A DNA stretch of 64,000 nucleotides from the human T2T-CHM13v2.0 reference genome, Homo sapiens (GCA_009914755.4 CP068257.2:17728001-17792000); one strand, 5' to 3'. Counted from the stretch's first letter, positions 17,041 to 32,421 are shown. Program-made: numbers and translations. The notes: generated by a model from the sequence alone, not told the origin.

Positions 17041-17160
17041 AGCCAGGTACTGTGGATTTTGCTTGTAATCTCAGCTACTCCAGAGGTAGGAGCAAGCTCT
17101 TGAGCCTGGGAGTTTGAGACCAGCCTGGGAAACACATTGAGATCCCCATCTAAAGTAGTG
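17041..17160 (+). mobile_element. Alu right-monomer-like (FRAM-like) fragment.
   Basis: gccaggtactgtggattttgcttgtaatctcagctactccagaggtaggagcaagctcttgagcctgggagtttgagaccagcctgggaaacacattgagatccccatct resembles an Alu/7SL-derived monomer. It is followed by an A/T-rich tract. Confidence 0.4.
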
Positions 17161-19389
17161 ATAATCATAATAATCATAAAATAATAATAATTTTTGTGGT
17201 AATAAAGATAGAAACTGAAAGAGAAATGGCAGCAAGTACTTCTTTAATATGTGTTTTAATATTACAGCACATGATAATATCAGGTATGCATAACGTTCAG
17301 CTTAAAACAATAGAAATTAAACAATTAAAATGTCCCATTTGTAGTTAAAGAGTGAACTGTACTTCAGGTAATAAAGCACAAATGAGGTAGGTAATTTAGG
17401 AGTAATTCTCAATAAAAATAAACATCCAAACAAATATAAATAAGACTATTTGGAAATTAGAATTCACAGAATGCAGTAGAAGAAAAAGAAAGAGGCAGTC
17501 ATTTTGGAAAAAAGATAGAGAAATGGTTGTCATGAATGTGGCTGTCAAACATCAATGAAATCAAAACAAAATTGTTACCAGCAATATCGAATGCTTCAGA
17601 GTAAACCTAGAATGAGAACAAATAAAATTGGAAAACACACTGTTCAAGTAGAATGAGCCAAAAATTTAGGGGTGAAGCCAGGAGAAAGTGGAGTCATGGA
17701 ATTTCTTACATGAGATATTTTCAAGACGACAACACTGATCAGAAAAACTTAAGCTTAGTTAGATTAAAGGTGGTTTGGGATCATAAAAAAGTAGGTAATC
17801 AGATCAGCAATCAAAATAATTATTTTCAGAATCACCAACTGATCACTAACCACATACATAATACTGTTCTTATGATATGACATCTCTTCCCTTGCTTGGG
17901 AATCTTCATGTGGATTAAAAGGAGCTAGGGCTCATGTGGAAGAGATTGGCTTCAGGTTCTGAAAACAAAAATTCTCAACACTTGCAGTCAGTCACTGAGG
18001 ATGGACAGTCATTTTTAAGGGGAGAAATTTCCTTATTTGGAATTGTTTACTCTTTTCTAAGTAGGTAAATTTCCCTGGCTTTGATTTTTTTTCAAGTACA
18101 TTATTACTCTGTAAACTACTCAAATGCCATTTTCAGAAGTCCAACATTTTCAAATCAAGAAAAAATTATCTACTGAATTTGGTTTTGGTAATAAGTAAAT
18201 GAGTGCATTACTTTTAAAAATATGTGAATAATAATACATATTCATTTTAAAAACTCATGAAAATGAAAGAAAAAAAATCAGCACAATTGATCATTTTCTG
18301 AATTGAAACACACCCTTTAGGCCAATCTTTCTCGCTCTCTCATGTTGGCTCTTCCTCACATCCTGACCTCATAACACCCAACTGCTCTAAGGGACAGCCC
18401 ACCAACCTCTCCCGTTTCTATGTATTTTCACTCTATTGATGTTTTATCACATTTAGTGACTTTATGTATTCTGCCTACATTGGTGATTCTCAAGCTTTCT
18501 CTACTGCTCTGACATCTCCATTGTATACCACTAATATATCTCATTGTGTATTCAATATCCATTTTAATAAATAATAGCTAACTCAGCATGTCCAAAAGTC
18601 AGCTCCTAATCCTTCTCCCAACAAGTTCTTCTCTTACCATAGTGCTCCCTACCTCAGTTAATCAAAAGCCAGTTTTGCCAGGGTCTTAGACCAGACATAT
18701 TAGAGTCATCATTGACTCCATTCTCTCCCACCGCATATGCCATCTCTCCATAAATACTAGGGATATTTTTACAGAATCTCCCCACCTTTCGCCTCTTCAA
18801 CTGCCTCCAGGCTGCTGCTAGCTCCCGTTATCTCTTTCCTATATCACACAATTACCTTACAGCTGATCTCTCCTTTTTTCTTTTTCTCCTTCAATTATTC
18901 TGACCCCAGCATCCACAGTGAGCCCTTAAAGTGGAAATCATTCTTTTTCTTTTAACCCTCTGCCACAATCAAACTCACAGTCAAAACCAAAATGTTTAAA
19001 CTGATTTGCCTCCTCTCCATTCCTGGAACTCATACACCACTACTCTTTCTATCACTCATGTTATTTTAGTCACACTGGCCTTGGAATAGATTCTTGAATA
19101 TGCCAGCTGCATTCCTATATCAAGGCTTTCACCAGCTGCAAATTTTCTGGGAACCCTCCTCAAAATATTCATGTAGGCTTCCCCCTAACTCCTGCACCAT
19201 TCTTTGCTCTAATTGAACTCTGTACTTGACCGCTCCCCATACTCATTACTCTCTATACCTTTTTTTTTCCTGCTTTCTTTTTTCTCCATAGTACTTACTC
19301 ACATCTATCTGTGTTTTACTTATTTGCTTTCTTTCAGTAGGTGGTATGGTTTTCTCTCTTCCATTAGAATGTAAGGTCTATAGGGTGTA

Positions 19390-19985
19390 CTAGTGTTGTG
19401 TCACTGCTATAACAAATTACCACAAAATTATCAACTTAAAACACCACACATTTATTATGCCCGTTTTTGCAGGTCAGAAGTCCAGGGGTAGCATAGATCT
19501 GCTGGGTCTTCTTCTTAGGGTCTAATAAGGCGGAAATCAAGGTGCCAGCAAGGTTGCCGTTCTTTCTGGAGACTCTAGATATGAACCTGCTTTCAGACAC
19601 ATTCAAGCTGTGGGAAGATTTCAGTTGCATGCAGTTGTCAGACCAAGGGTTCTTTTCCTTTAATTTCCTGAATCACAACCACTTTCATCTTCAATGCCAG
19701 CTTGGTGGCTTGAGTTCTTCTTATGTTTTAAATCTTTCAGACCTCTTCTTCTGCCTCACGTCTACCACTTCCAGCTGGAGGATATTCTCTTCTTTTGGGT
19801 TCATGTTTGGGCCCACCCTGGTAGTCCAGAATTGTGTCTCTATTTTAAGTTCTACAACCCTCATTATATCTCTGAAGTCCATTTTGCCATGTAATATAAC
19901 ATATTCTGAATCTCCAGGGATTACAATTTAGACATGGTTCCTTTTAGGTGTGTGTGTGGTGCGGGGGGTACGTTATCCTGCCTAC
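19390..19985 (-). mobile_element. Solo LTR of an ancient ERVL-MaLR (MLT1-like), reverse orientation.
   Basis: …ctgctataacaaattaccacaaaattatcaacttaaaacaccacacatttatt…gcaggtcagaagtccaggg…aaatcaaggtgccagcaaggttgccgttctttctggagactctag… through …ccagggattacaatttagacatgg follows the antisense MLT1-type LTR layout. Track ORF 19542-19931 is a translation of this LTR. Confidence 0.6.
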
Positions 19986-22976
19986 CACTAAGGTTATGAA
20001 TTTGTGAGCATGTGCATATATATTTTTTCACAATCCTTGGCTCAGATTCAGCGCACATTAATATGTGCTTTATACATTTTAAATAGCCAACTTTTAATGA
20101 ATCCTCAGTTTAACATGGAAATAGCAATGTAATATATTCTAGTAGTGTTTAAAATAATGTTGCCAATTAAAGAGCTATATTGTTTCTAACATATGCCCAA
20201 ATATCTTAGATTCCTTTTAGTCCTATTATTTGTCTTAGAAGCTTCAAGAAATATAACCAAATTTAATACTTGGCATTGTTACTACAAAATGTATAATCTA
20301 CTTAATGGCATAAAGGAAGGTCAGAAATCACTATGAAATAATAAGTAATATGATATGTCATGAAAATATTTATGCCTATTGAAAATTATGAAAGTATATA
20401 GTGACAATGGTAGAAAGAATCAGAAAAATTTTTGAAAAGAAATGGGACTTGAAGAATTCAAATAATTTCAATTATATGTTATGCCTGTGGAAGAAACCAT
20501 AAATAAAATATGACAAAGGTATAGATGTAAGAAAGCATAGGGCCTATTTAAATGAGAACAAACAGAGTATGTAGATTTTCCTGGAAATAAATGTTATAAA
20601 GGGGGACAGAAAGAAATAAGCCAGGACACAATGGCATTAATAACTTCAATTCATTAAGCATAATGAAGAACCATGGACACAAAGTTCCAGTGGGTGCACC
20701 CAGAAAATAAACAAATACAAAAATATATAACCTATCAGTTGGTGGCAAACGTTGTAGAAAACTAAAGCCTGGAAGGAAAGATTGAGTATGTAAGGAAGGT
20801 ATATTTCAGATAACATATTTTAAGGACATATCTGAAAAAAATGTGAAAGATGGATCTATGCTGATCTCTGAGGGAATAATCTTCTAAGAGAAGAAAGAGA
20901 ATACGCAATGATCTGCTGTAGGATGGGCCAAGAGCAAGTTTAATTTATTTTAGAAACAGAAAGAAGGCCCCTATATCAGTATCAGAAAGAGTATGTGTGG
21001 GGAAGAAGAGTGGTAGCAGATGTAGTTATAAAGGGATTTACAGCCTCACTGGAGAGGGCCTTGACTGAAAGAGTGAAGAATTCTGACTAGATTCAATGGA
21101 TTGACGCTGAAAACCTCCAGAGTTTCATGGAAATAATTTGGAGTTTGTTTGTTTTGTCTTTTTAAAAGACGGCCCTGGAAATAATACATAGTGTGAAGCC
21201 GAGCTGGAGGAGATTAAGGGTGAAAGACTTGTTACAGGGCTATTGCAATAATCTGGTGGGGAAGCAGAATATTTGTACTTGCAGATGTGGTGATTGTGTT
21301 GAAGCCAAACAGGGCATGAGATGCTGTAAAAGAACAATGGAGGGGAGACAGAGGAGAAAAAAAAGGAATAGAATTTGATATAGAATTGCCAAACTTAAGT
21401 AAATGAAAGTTAGGAAGGAAAAATCATTCGGGGGGGATAAAATATATTTCAATTAAAAATTATTTTATGTGTCACTGTTTGGATGTTGTATACAACTGCA
21501 CTTATAGGATGCCTCAGATTCTCCAGGTCTTGCCTGTATCTAGAGTTTTCTTGACTTGATTCACCCAGCAGCAGCTACAACAACCAACTCACTGTGCTTC
21601 TGATGTTTTGGCACCTGCAAAGTCCTACCAACCGAGGCTGTTGAATCACATCTTGAGCTCCTCCTCCTCAAGAAAACTCCATTTTGACATAAGAATTTTA
21701 TTTGTCTCCTACTCTCTGGTTAAGTGAATTAAGAAGCAAATGAACTAATCACTACCCTAATTTCATGTCACAAATGATTTAAAGAATTTATGTAGAAAGA
21801 ATAAAAATGAATGCATGAAGAGCAAAACAAGGCACAAAGCACAGATTGGAATAGGAGTTACACACCTGAAGAGACAGAGAGGGAGATAAAGACACCATGG
21901 CTGAGTCACATGTTTGAATCTTAGCTTACTGGCAACCTAAATAAAAAGGTTAACAAAAGCAGTAATAAAATAAATAATGTCCTTGCTTATAGAGTAAGAA
22001 CATTGTATTCCTCTGGGGGACACTAAGCTTTCCTGGAATAACTTCTGATTTGTTTTTCTTTTGTGCACATTACATCAGCGACAATCTATGACATAAAACA
22101 CAATGGCCTCAACCATATTTCCTCAACAAATGTAATTGTGGGTTTTAAAACCTGATTTTGACAGGTCCTTTGAAGAAAGATGAGACTATGACACTGAAGT
22201 GAAACTCAGATAAATTTGGGGAATGGATGACAAGGAATGCAAGAAAATAATCCACACTTTTTTCCAGTAGAAATTTCAAATAAAATTACAAATAGCAAGC
22301 AAGTTTACAGCTTTCCAATGCTTAGCTTATTCTTCTCTATCTCTAGTGGAATAGATGTACAATTATGGAATCATATGTCTTTGTTATTGGTGGTTTGGAC
22401 ATGAAGTTTTGGTCTATTTTTTTTTTCTTTTGGGGGATTGGTGAGGACACCAGGGAACTCACAAATCTTTGACAACCATTATATTCCTTAATATGCAGGG
22501 CAACACTTCTCAGTCACTACTGCCTCCACACTGGTGAATTTGTCCTGACCCAACATTGACAGGCCTCCTTGTTCTAAAACACTTTAAAATCTATTCCTAG
22601 AAATATTATCTATAGATATAATAACTATGTATAGAAAAAAATACATGTAAAGATATATAGATATAAGAACTAATATCTAAGATTACAAACTCACTTATCA
22701 ATGGCTACAATTATTCTTTTTTCCTGCTCTGCAATTTTTTTCTTTTGGATTCACTTTTGCTGACATACAACACTCGGTAGTTCTTCCACTGAAGGCTGTG
22801 GATAGTAACATTTCATTCTGTTTGTATGTTAAGGTTGATTTTAAGTAATATACTTTTTATCATTCTCATGTTTTTAATGCTTTCTTGTTATTAATATAAG
22901 TTAGTATTATGACCACACATCTAGAACTGAATGTAACATATTTTATTTATTTTTAACTTAATTAATAGTATTATTA

Positions 22977-23255
22977 TTTTAGAGACAAGCTTTCGCTTTG
23001 TCACTCAGCCAGGAGTGCAGTGGCATTATCACAGTCCACTGCAGCCTCAAACTCCTAGGCTCAAATGATTCTCTCACTTCAGCATCCTGAGTAGCTGGGA
23101 TTACAGGGGTGTGCCACCCTGCCTGGCTAATTTTTTTGTAGCGATGAGGTCTCACTATGTTGCCCAGTCTGGTCTTTAACTCCTGGCTTCAAGCAATCCT
23201 CCTGCCTCAGCCTCCCAAAGTTGTGGGATTATAGGCTTAAGCCACCGTGACTGTT
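22977..23255 (-). mobile_element. Old, diverged Alu (AluJ-like), reverse orientation.
   Basis: ttttagagacaagctttcgctttgtcactcagccaggagtgcagtggcattatcacagtccactgcagcctcaaactcctaggctcaaatgattctc…ctgggattacaggggtgtgccaccctgcctggc…cccaaagttgtgggattataggcttaagccaccgtgactg shows many substitutions relative to young Alu consensus sequences. Confidence 0.8.
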
Positions 23256-25554
23256 CTGAATTTATAATCTTAATTTGAGAATGCGTGTCTTTTCTGGGAC
23301 CCCTTTTTCAGACCAGTTTTAATTTTTATTTACTAGCAAATCAAATCAGAATGGTCTCTGAACCATATATCCAGCAAGTTAGTAGTTAAGCTCCCAATCT
23401 TTCTTATTTCAGAAGAAGTTAAATTTTGATTTTCCATTCAGATATATTTTCTTTTTTGTCTATCATTACAATGTATTTCGAGATGGGGGTGAGGTTGAAG
23501 GCATTAACTCAAAAAATTCATTTTGAATGATAAATGCATTAGTAATATGGCTAATTTTCTTGTAAATGCACAAAAGTGATTTTGAGTAAAAGAGCTCAAT
23601 ATTTACTTTTGGAAATGTTTCATCATTTTTTTCAATATTAACAATGATATTTTAAATGGTTAAAAATAAACATATTTTAAGGTAAAAATTATGAATGCAA
23701 ATACGTTGGGGAAACATATTTCATCAGGGGAAAGGATTTGCCATCATGGAGTTCCACTCAGTATTAATGCCAAGGCAGTCCCTTCTCCACTGCTTTTGAT
23801 CTTCTGTGTATCAGGTAGCTAAGCATTTAATTTGGATTAAATTAAGTGTAAAGATTTGAGTGACTAGGTTATTAAAAATACATGTCTAGTTACAGCATTT
23901 CAGATGGGTTTCAGTCAATTTCTGGGGCACTGACAGACATTATTCTGTTAAAAAATTTAGAATCAAATTATAGAAAGCCATTGATGGAAGACACGCAGCC
24001 GGCAGCGAACATGGCTTGTAATGATAGGCCATTATTATACTTGAGGGCACTGGTCAGACAAAGTGTTTATAATGTTTCTAGGTGTAGTTTTCTTGTCTCT
24101 GGCTTCAAATTCTAAAGCAGACCGACACCTAAAGAGTCCATCATTTCTTTCCCTGAAACCAGAAAGTCTAGCTCATTTTATATTTTATTTACAATTCTAC
24201 TTTTGTAACATTAAACTGAATGCTTGTTTCTTTCAGTTCATCCCTTTTAATTCTCAGCAGTTTCTCTTGCAAGTCAAAACCTAAATGGCAGTTTTTATTT
24301 CTCCTTTAGGTTCCAGATTTAATGATCCTTCTCCAGGTAATGTAAGCATCACTGACTGATTTGCTCTAACTCCAGGGTTCATATATTTCCCATCATGCCA
24401 TGCTCCCTTCTTCTTGTCTAGCCCTGTATTGAATCAGGAAAAGGTTACCTACAAGCTACATGGTTTGGAAAATAAGAAAGTTTAATATTTCAAGTTACTG
24501 TCTCTCTTCACAATTAATTTGAATATATATAAAAACGTACTCATAACATGCAGTCTCTAAATGATATAGAAATATATGGACAATCGTGTTTTTATATACT
24601 CTCATTCTTCCAGCAAGATGAAACTTTCATTGGTTCCTTTTAGACTGAAATTCTGGAAATAGCATAAGTATGCATTTTAGGAACAATGAAGCAAATTTCA
24701 AAAATCAAAGGAAGAGTGCTCTTACATAATCATTTAACTCATCATTCTGGTGAGTAGGACTACAACTAAAACACAGATATGAAACATTTTTTTCTTTAAA
24801 ATTAGATCAAATGCATCAGCATTTTTGCAGATTCAGCACAGATGTTAGCATTTCCCAGACTTAGCTTATGAGACACATACAGCTATTTTACAGTCTGGAG
24901 GGTTTCCAATATTACTACTTACCTAAATGACATTTGAGGTGGTGGCACTTAATGAGGTACACGTAATATAGTACTTAACTCATGACATCTACCAGGCAGA
25001 AAATACTTTATTAGCTGATCCTGTTCTATGAATATAAATTGATTTTTCCTCATGGTTAGGAAAATTGGCTCTTCAGCTACACTTCAGGATAGAGTTAACT
25101 GGGTCCATCTAGCAAATTAGAGTAGGTTTCCTTGCATAAATGACGGCATAAATGGGAAAGGGTACTTAAGTCCAGTGATCTTTGTCCCTAGGCATCATGT
25201 TTATCGATTGCCCTACATTCAGGTCAGGAAGAAAGGTCTTACCTTACAGTTTGTAGAGACCCTGGAGTTTAATCACTATGCTACAAAGCATTAGGTAATT
25301 CTATTTTGTTCAATAAATGAATTCTTTAAATGTCAGGGTTTTAGCAGACTAGGACCTTGAAAAAGTCTATTTTCTTTCATGTTCCTTGTTTCTGAATCAC
25401 ACTGTCTTTGATTCAGAAATACAAATACGTTTTAGTTATTGTTACAGTAACTGATATTGTTGAGTATATGGCGAAGGCCTAGGGCTATGTCATTGAAAAT
25501 GAAGTAGGTCAAGGAAGCATGGGGCTGCTCCTATTTTTTAAAATTAAAAAAAAA

Positions 25555-25685
25555 CTTCCAAAAAAGGAAGATAGATAGAAGTAGAGGTAAAGAGACAGAC
25601 ATTGAGAGAGACAGAAAAAAGAGACAAAGGAGGAGGGTAGAGATGAGAAGGGAAAAGAGAGAAAGAAGTATTGAATACAAATAGT
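25555..25685. repeat. Polypurine (GA-rich) low-complexity tract, ~130 bp, >90% purine on the plus strand.
   Basis: Read directly: aaaggaagatagatagaagtagaggtaaagagacagacattgagagagacagaaaaaagagacaaaggaggagggtagagatgagaagggaaaagagagaaagaag. Confidence 0.9.
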
Positions 25686-25992
25686 AAAAATTTTGTAATT
25701 CAAGCTTAATAATAATGGGTCTTCAGAAAAGGGGAATTTTCATCTAGGTATAGTAAAGAGGAAATGCTAATAGAGGAAATATGACTTGAGTCCAGTTTTA
25801 AGGATATATAGAATTGACTTAATTGGAGAGCAAAGATAAAGTGCTTCCAATTTGGTAAAGAGAATAAGTAAACTTGCTGAGGTAGAAAAAAAAATTAATT
25901 TGTAAGTAACAGAAATGAAAGCTACTTGAATGAATGATGTGGAAGCCAGTATGAGACACAGCACTACTAGGAAATACTTTTTAAAATTATTT

Positions 25993-26120
25993 TAAATTCG
26001 TTAGAGACAGGGGTCACTATGTTTGCCCAGGCTGGACTTGAACTCCTGGGCTCAAGTGATTCTTCTGCCTCAATCTTCCAAGTAGCTGGGACTCTAGGCA
26101 TCCTACTGCAGCCAGCTCAG
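25993..26120 (-). mobile_element. Alu-monomer-like fragment, reverse orientation.
   Basis: gttagagacaggggtcactatgtttgcccaggctggacttgaactcctgggctcaagtgattcttctgcctcaatcttccaagtagctgggactctaggcatc. Confidence 0.5.
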
Positions 26121-26718
26121 ATGTGCTATTTGTCAACTATGTTATATATTTTTACTTTCATATTTACTTTTAATTTCATATTTGAAGCTTTACAAAGAAA
26201 ATTTAAACTTTTGTAATCAGTATAGTGAAGAAAATCTAGATATCATATGGAATAAATTGAAGATAAGGCAATTTTTGTGAAAGTTAAAATTATATTTATT
26301 CCCTTTTTCTGTGAAATAATTTTTAGTTACAATACTGATAGTTTTTCTGGAAATATAAGATTAAGAAGAAATATAAAACTTGGTATTAACATGTGAAGGA
26401 CTGTAATGAAAAAAATTATGTTGTTATGGATGATGCCAAAGGGAAAAATCAAAACAACTGGATAGGAATTACACGTAATTTGGTTTCCAGTAAAAATAAT
26501 AAATAACATAGAGTGAAACATTAGAAATGGCATTATAATAAGGACATAGTATCCCATTACTGAATATATTCAATACAATATGCATGCTCCTTAGACAATG
26601 GGTGCTGTAGATGGTATCATACGTTATTTTGTATAACATCTAGGGTTGTTACTCTAAAAATGTACTATCATGTAAATAAATACACTAGGCCAGGTAAATT
26701 CAAATTATAGAAGTCTTG

Positions 26719-27084
<366 letters not shown>

Positions 27085-30000
27085 CTATTTCACAACAAGA
27101 TAGATACAATGTGTTTGGAGTTATTAAGGGACTGTTACTCTAGAAGTGATATAAGAAATTTAAAAAAAATTTATTTTGGGAATTCTTATTAAAGTCTTCT
27201 GAAAGATGCATAGATTATATAACTTTGGCATGGGGTATCTTTCTTTAGAGCTTGGGAGGAAGTCAAAAGAGGAGTCATTAAGGAAAAAATTTATTATTTG
27301 ATATTAATAACATGATTTTGTTCAATATTTATTTTTAGGTCTAAAAATGTCATGAAGCCAAATATGTATCATTTTTTCTGATTTTAAAAACATATTTTTC
27401 AGGATTTTTTTAATAACATTCTTTCTGGTTACTTTCAGTTGTTTAAAAAATGGAGGAGTAGAGAATGAATTCATAGAAATGTGGACACAGACACACTGGG
27501 TCATACTTAAGAGGCATTTCAATCAGAAAACATTAGTCTGCATGTAGTAGAAAATGCAAGTTCAAGTGGTTTAAACAATGACAACATTCATTGTCACATA
27601 TAACAAGAAGCTCTAGAATATTTATATTATTCAGTCTACTAATTAGGCATTTTGTCAACATCATGCTATCATCAGAAGAGCTTTTCATCTTTCTAGTGTC
27701 TTATGCTTAGTGCATTGGTTTGATCTTCAGGCTATTTTCCTTAATGTTTGCAACATGCCACATCAAGACATAATTTCTGGGATAAGAAAAAGATTATATG
27801 TTCCTGTGTTTTTTAAGTGGTGGGAGACATTTTAAGAAGACATACCACCCCCAGCGGACCTCCATCACATATCACATGTCAGAAAATGATAACAAGTCCA
27901 TCTCATAAGCATGTACCTTCAAGGGAACAAGACCACCATATAACTGACTTAAAAAATTAGGATTTCCTATGAATCACATGCATGTGATGTATATACCGGA
28001 ACAAGTTCAGGCTTTGCCAGTAAGAAAGAAAGAAAATGGCTGTCATCCTGCCAGTATGAAAGAAAGAGAGAATGGCTATAATATCAAAAATATACGATGA
28101 CAATTCATCTCTAACTGATGAGCAAATTGCATATTTTTTCCATTCTATTTCTGCAAATAGTTTCTTGCTGAGCCAAAACTCTTGAAATAAAATGTAAGTA
28201 TTATGAAACAGAAAAACGCTTAAACTACTTACTGCTATAATCAAAGCAATTTGCCTTGGGAAATGAAAACTAAAAACGAACACAATGTAATATGCTCATG
28301 ATTTTGCCTTTTTAAGAAATGTCAGCTACAGGGAAATTCCATGAGTCAGTAAGTATCTGCATAGATGAAAATGTACACAAACCACACATGTGCACATATG
28401 TACACATATATACACACATACAAAGGTTTGTGAACATTTAATTACCAAACAATTAGCCAACTGTTTGGCTTACCTGTTTATATTCAGCACTGGGGCCATC
28501 AGGACAAAAAAAGTGCTTCCAGTTAAATGCATGTTAGGTGTACCACAGCTAGTGCTTACCTGTGCAATTTATACTTTCTTACTTATAGAATCTGGATAAA
28601 AACTGGCAAAACTGGATAAAAGATTTCTTGTTCATTAAGGATTCTGATATGGTGAATCTGTAAAGGAAATTATAAGTTTACTTGGCCCTTATTTCATGTG
28701 TGTTTCAGTGTGGCCTAAGTGATGGATTTTGAGCACTGTGCATGTATGTTTGTTGTTCATTTTTCTTTTAGGTTTGTAATGCTCATTAGCAAATGTAATT
28801 ATGTCACTTCCAATGACAAATTACAGCACAATTTTGTTTAAGTTGAATTCCTCACTTTGATTACTGCAAGTTGACCTATTGCTGCCTTTCCCACCACATG
28901 CAAATACCCTTTCATTATAATGTTAGAATTAAAACAATTTCACAATTTTATTTTGTACTAGTATATGAAAAGCTTAATTAAATTAATTGTTATTTTGTGT
29001 GTGTATGTGTATGTGTGTTTTCAAGTTCTTGACTGTGAATTTATCACAGATCACCAAAGTGTTTTCACCTTTTTAAAAATTTTCAGTATGTTACTATGAT
29101 AATGATATTCACAACGGTAACCAAATGGTATGGAAAGTTTTAAAGTATTAAAAAGTAATTATATATAATTAAATTCTATTTACTAGAGTAGTTAAGTATT
29201 AAACATTTTTCAATCAAATTATTTTTTAAAATGTGAATACCAGGTACCCAGTATAGATCCAGTTAGTGGAGCATGAAGCTTATATACTTTGGGGATGACT
29301 TATTTAAGAAATAAAGATATAAAATTGTAAAATTAAACTTTTAGTAAATATAATACTTATTTAAAATAAGAAATGAATACCACATCAAATGATTACAATG
29401 ATTCCAGCAGAAATGCTAGCATAGAAATGCCTTCTGACTGCAACCTACTTCCCTTCTCACGTAGAATACTGTGTAGCTCCTACAGGACTGACCAAGTAAG
29501 AAACACTGAAACTAACTTCATTTGTTTGTGTATCCTCCTCTGAAAGTAAGCCGAAAATAATCGGTATCTTTGATTTAAAAACAAATACTACCCTCTCTCC
29601 ATTAAGGATAAATCGGAATTTGCTATATATTCAAGTGGAAATGTATTTCAACATAAAATCTAAGGCAATATATAAAAAGTATCTGGCTTCAAATTAATTA
29701 ATTTGTTACTGATACATTTCTCTCAACCTAGCTTTTTTGTTTGCACTTAATGAATTCTACAGTTCTTTCGATTTTTACATTGCTAGAATTACCATTTAAA
29801 ATATAATTAAACACATATTTATTCTCTAATTCTTGTCTCAGTGTATTATCGGCTATTCCAATTGAATATTCAATAAATATTAAAGAATAATATATTATTC
29901 AATAGTAGCTTCAGATTTTATTCCACAAGGGCTATTATCATAAAAATAATACAAAGGCTGAAAATAAATAAATAGGCTGAAAAGGGCTGTTATCTCTAAG

Positions 30001-31199
30001 GCCAAGGACTGGAATACTCATGTGAAATAAAATTTCTCCATAAAGGTTAAATGAGAAACTTTTTTATTTTCTCTTATTTTTGAAGAAATTTTAGATAATA
30101 TAGGTACAATTTAATTTTGAATGTAATTAGAATATGTAAAAATTCTTGAACCCATGCTATAAATATTCTTAAAGTCTGCTAAGATAGATATATATTAAAT
30201 GTGGATATTTATGACAAAATACTTATGACAATTCTTGAAAGGCAGGACTCTGTAAGACCTTGTGCAATTACATTTTGAGAAATGTTTATTTTTAATAAAC
30301 TCAATAAACTGCAGTGCTATATTATTACTGCAACCATGTCAGATTTAGTGTGCCAATAATCAAGAAGCAGTCAAACAAACCTATGCAAACCTTTAGTGTT
30401 TAGTTTTTAAAGAATTTTAAGCATTCTAATCATCGTAGTGGAACAACTACAACTTGGTTAAGATTTCTTCCACCTACAGTATTTTGTTTAAGTTTTGAAA
30501 TAAAAATGAAGGGCCACAATTATATTTTAAATATTTAGAGGCTGAGAACTCGGCTCCTATTCCCACACCTTATTGGATTTTACTATTCTGTAAAATGTAA
30601 TAGAAATATAAAGACATGGTTCATTATATACTCAAGACTGTAGTTGTACACGTCACATAAAAATACTTAACTATTAATAACCACATTTGATTTACGAAAA
30701 TAAATTTTAAAGTTTTTTATTTGATTATAAAGGCAATAATTCTGGAAATATTTGTAAGAATATATCAAAGAAGAAAAACTGGTCAGTTTTTAAATTCTCA
30801 CCGTGTACTAAATTTGAGATTGCCCATATACATCTAGACTGTATTTTCATAGTGATGTAATGAATAGCAGATATTATATGAGTACATATTACAGGCAGAA
30901 AAAGTTAAGGAGATCCCATTCTTCTGTGGAGTACAAATAATGTTCTCATGCAATAATTTTGCCCCAAAATGAACTACTCTGGTGCCATATTTACATTTAA
31001 TTAATGTGTTTTATGTCTAACTTCTCAACTTCTTGCTGAACAATAAAATAATGTAAATAAAATGATTTTATATATGTGCTATAATTATGAAAAAATAGCT
31101 ATTGCATTTTCCATGTGTATGAAAATCTTGGAGGTTCTAGATATAAAGAACAGAAACAAATAATATTTTGTTGTGTTTTTGTAAGTTTCTGTTTTCATT

Positions 31200-31600
31200 T
31201 GCTAGGGCTGCCATAAAAAGTACCACAAAGAGAGTGGCTTCGAGAACTGAAATGTAATGTCTTACAGCTCTGGAGGCTAGAAGTCTGAAATCAAGGCATT
31301 AGCAAGGTTGGTTGTTTCTGAGGGCTATAAAGGAAGGTCTGTTCCAGGCCCGTTGGCTTGTATATGGTTGTGTTCCTGGTCTCTGTTCACATAGTTTTTC
31401 CTCTATGATGCATGTCTATATCTAAATCACCACTATTTATAAGGACACTAGTCATATTGGTTTAGGGTCCAAACTAATGACCTTATTTTCACTTGATTCC
31501 CTTTATAAATATCCTGTCTCCAATAGGTTACATTCTGGAGACTAGGACTCCAATATACCTTTTTTTGAGAGGACACAATTCAACCCATTAATGGTTCCCC
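31200..31600 (-). mobile_element. Solo LTR of an ancient ERVL-MaLR (MLT1-like), reverse orientation.
   Basis: gctgccataaaaagtaccacaaagagagtggcttcgagaactgaaatgtaatgtcttacagctctggaggctagaagtctgaaatcaaggcattagcaaggttggttgtttctgagggc… parallels the LTR at 19390-19985. Confidence 0.55.
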
Positions 31601-32421
31601 TTGCCTGAATACAATACAAAATAGCTAAATATTTATACTATGAAATATGTGTATGTGTAGTGAAACATACAATTTCTCGTAACAGTTATTTTAGATATTT
31701 TAACATATCGGTGAGTGCACATAAATGCATATGTACACACATACACGCACACATACATGTCATTAACTTATACACCTGACCATGTGTTAGTTGAATTAAT
31801 CAAAGGCATGTCAAGAACACATAGTTTATGAAAAGAATAAGCTAAATCATCCAGTGAAATGAGTGCTATGCAGAAGTTCAAAGTATCACAGAAATGAACA
31901 CTACATTAGAATAAGACAGGCAAATAGATTTCAGTGGAAATCTTCCAGTTTTAGGAATTATATTATATTAAAAAATAATCCCGAAAAATCTAAAATCTAT
32001 TAGACTTATTGCTGTAGGTGATTTTTTAAAGTTTTACCACACTGAACTTGGCTCATATATACACTAGAATTTTAGAAATATAAAACAGTATTATATCTGA
32101 TCTGTTCAATTCATCTATATTATATGCCATATGATTTTAATAACATTATTTCAAAGGCATTTCAGGTAAAGCCAGTTTTGAATTAATTTATAATTCTTTG
32201 ACTCACAAATCAAAGAATAAAATACTCTTCTCTATTTCTTCAAAGGTAGAAAAAAACTGAATGTCTGTAGAAGATGGGGCAATCTGAAGTTATTTTATTT
32301 GGAACATTATGATATAATATAATTTTCATGGAAAATATGAGATGCATGACCTAAATAAAAATATGGTTTACAATTGTTCATTGGCATACACAGACACATA
32401 TTTAAGAATTATACCATCTTT

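Noticed and set aside
18300-19390. A stretch that resembles an ancient MIR/MER-type interspersed repeat (…cattctttgctctaattgaactctgtacttgaccgctccccatactcattactctctatacc…agaatgtaaggtc…).
   Set aside because: I could not match it to a specific consensus by eye, so I did not annotate it. RepeatMasker would resolve it.
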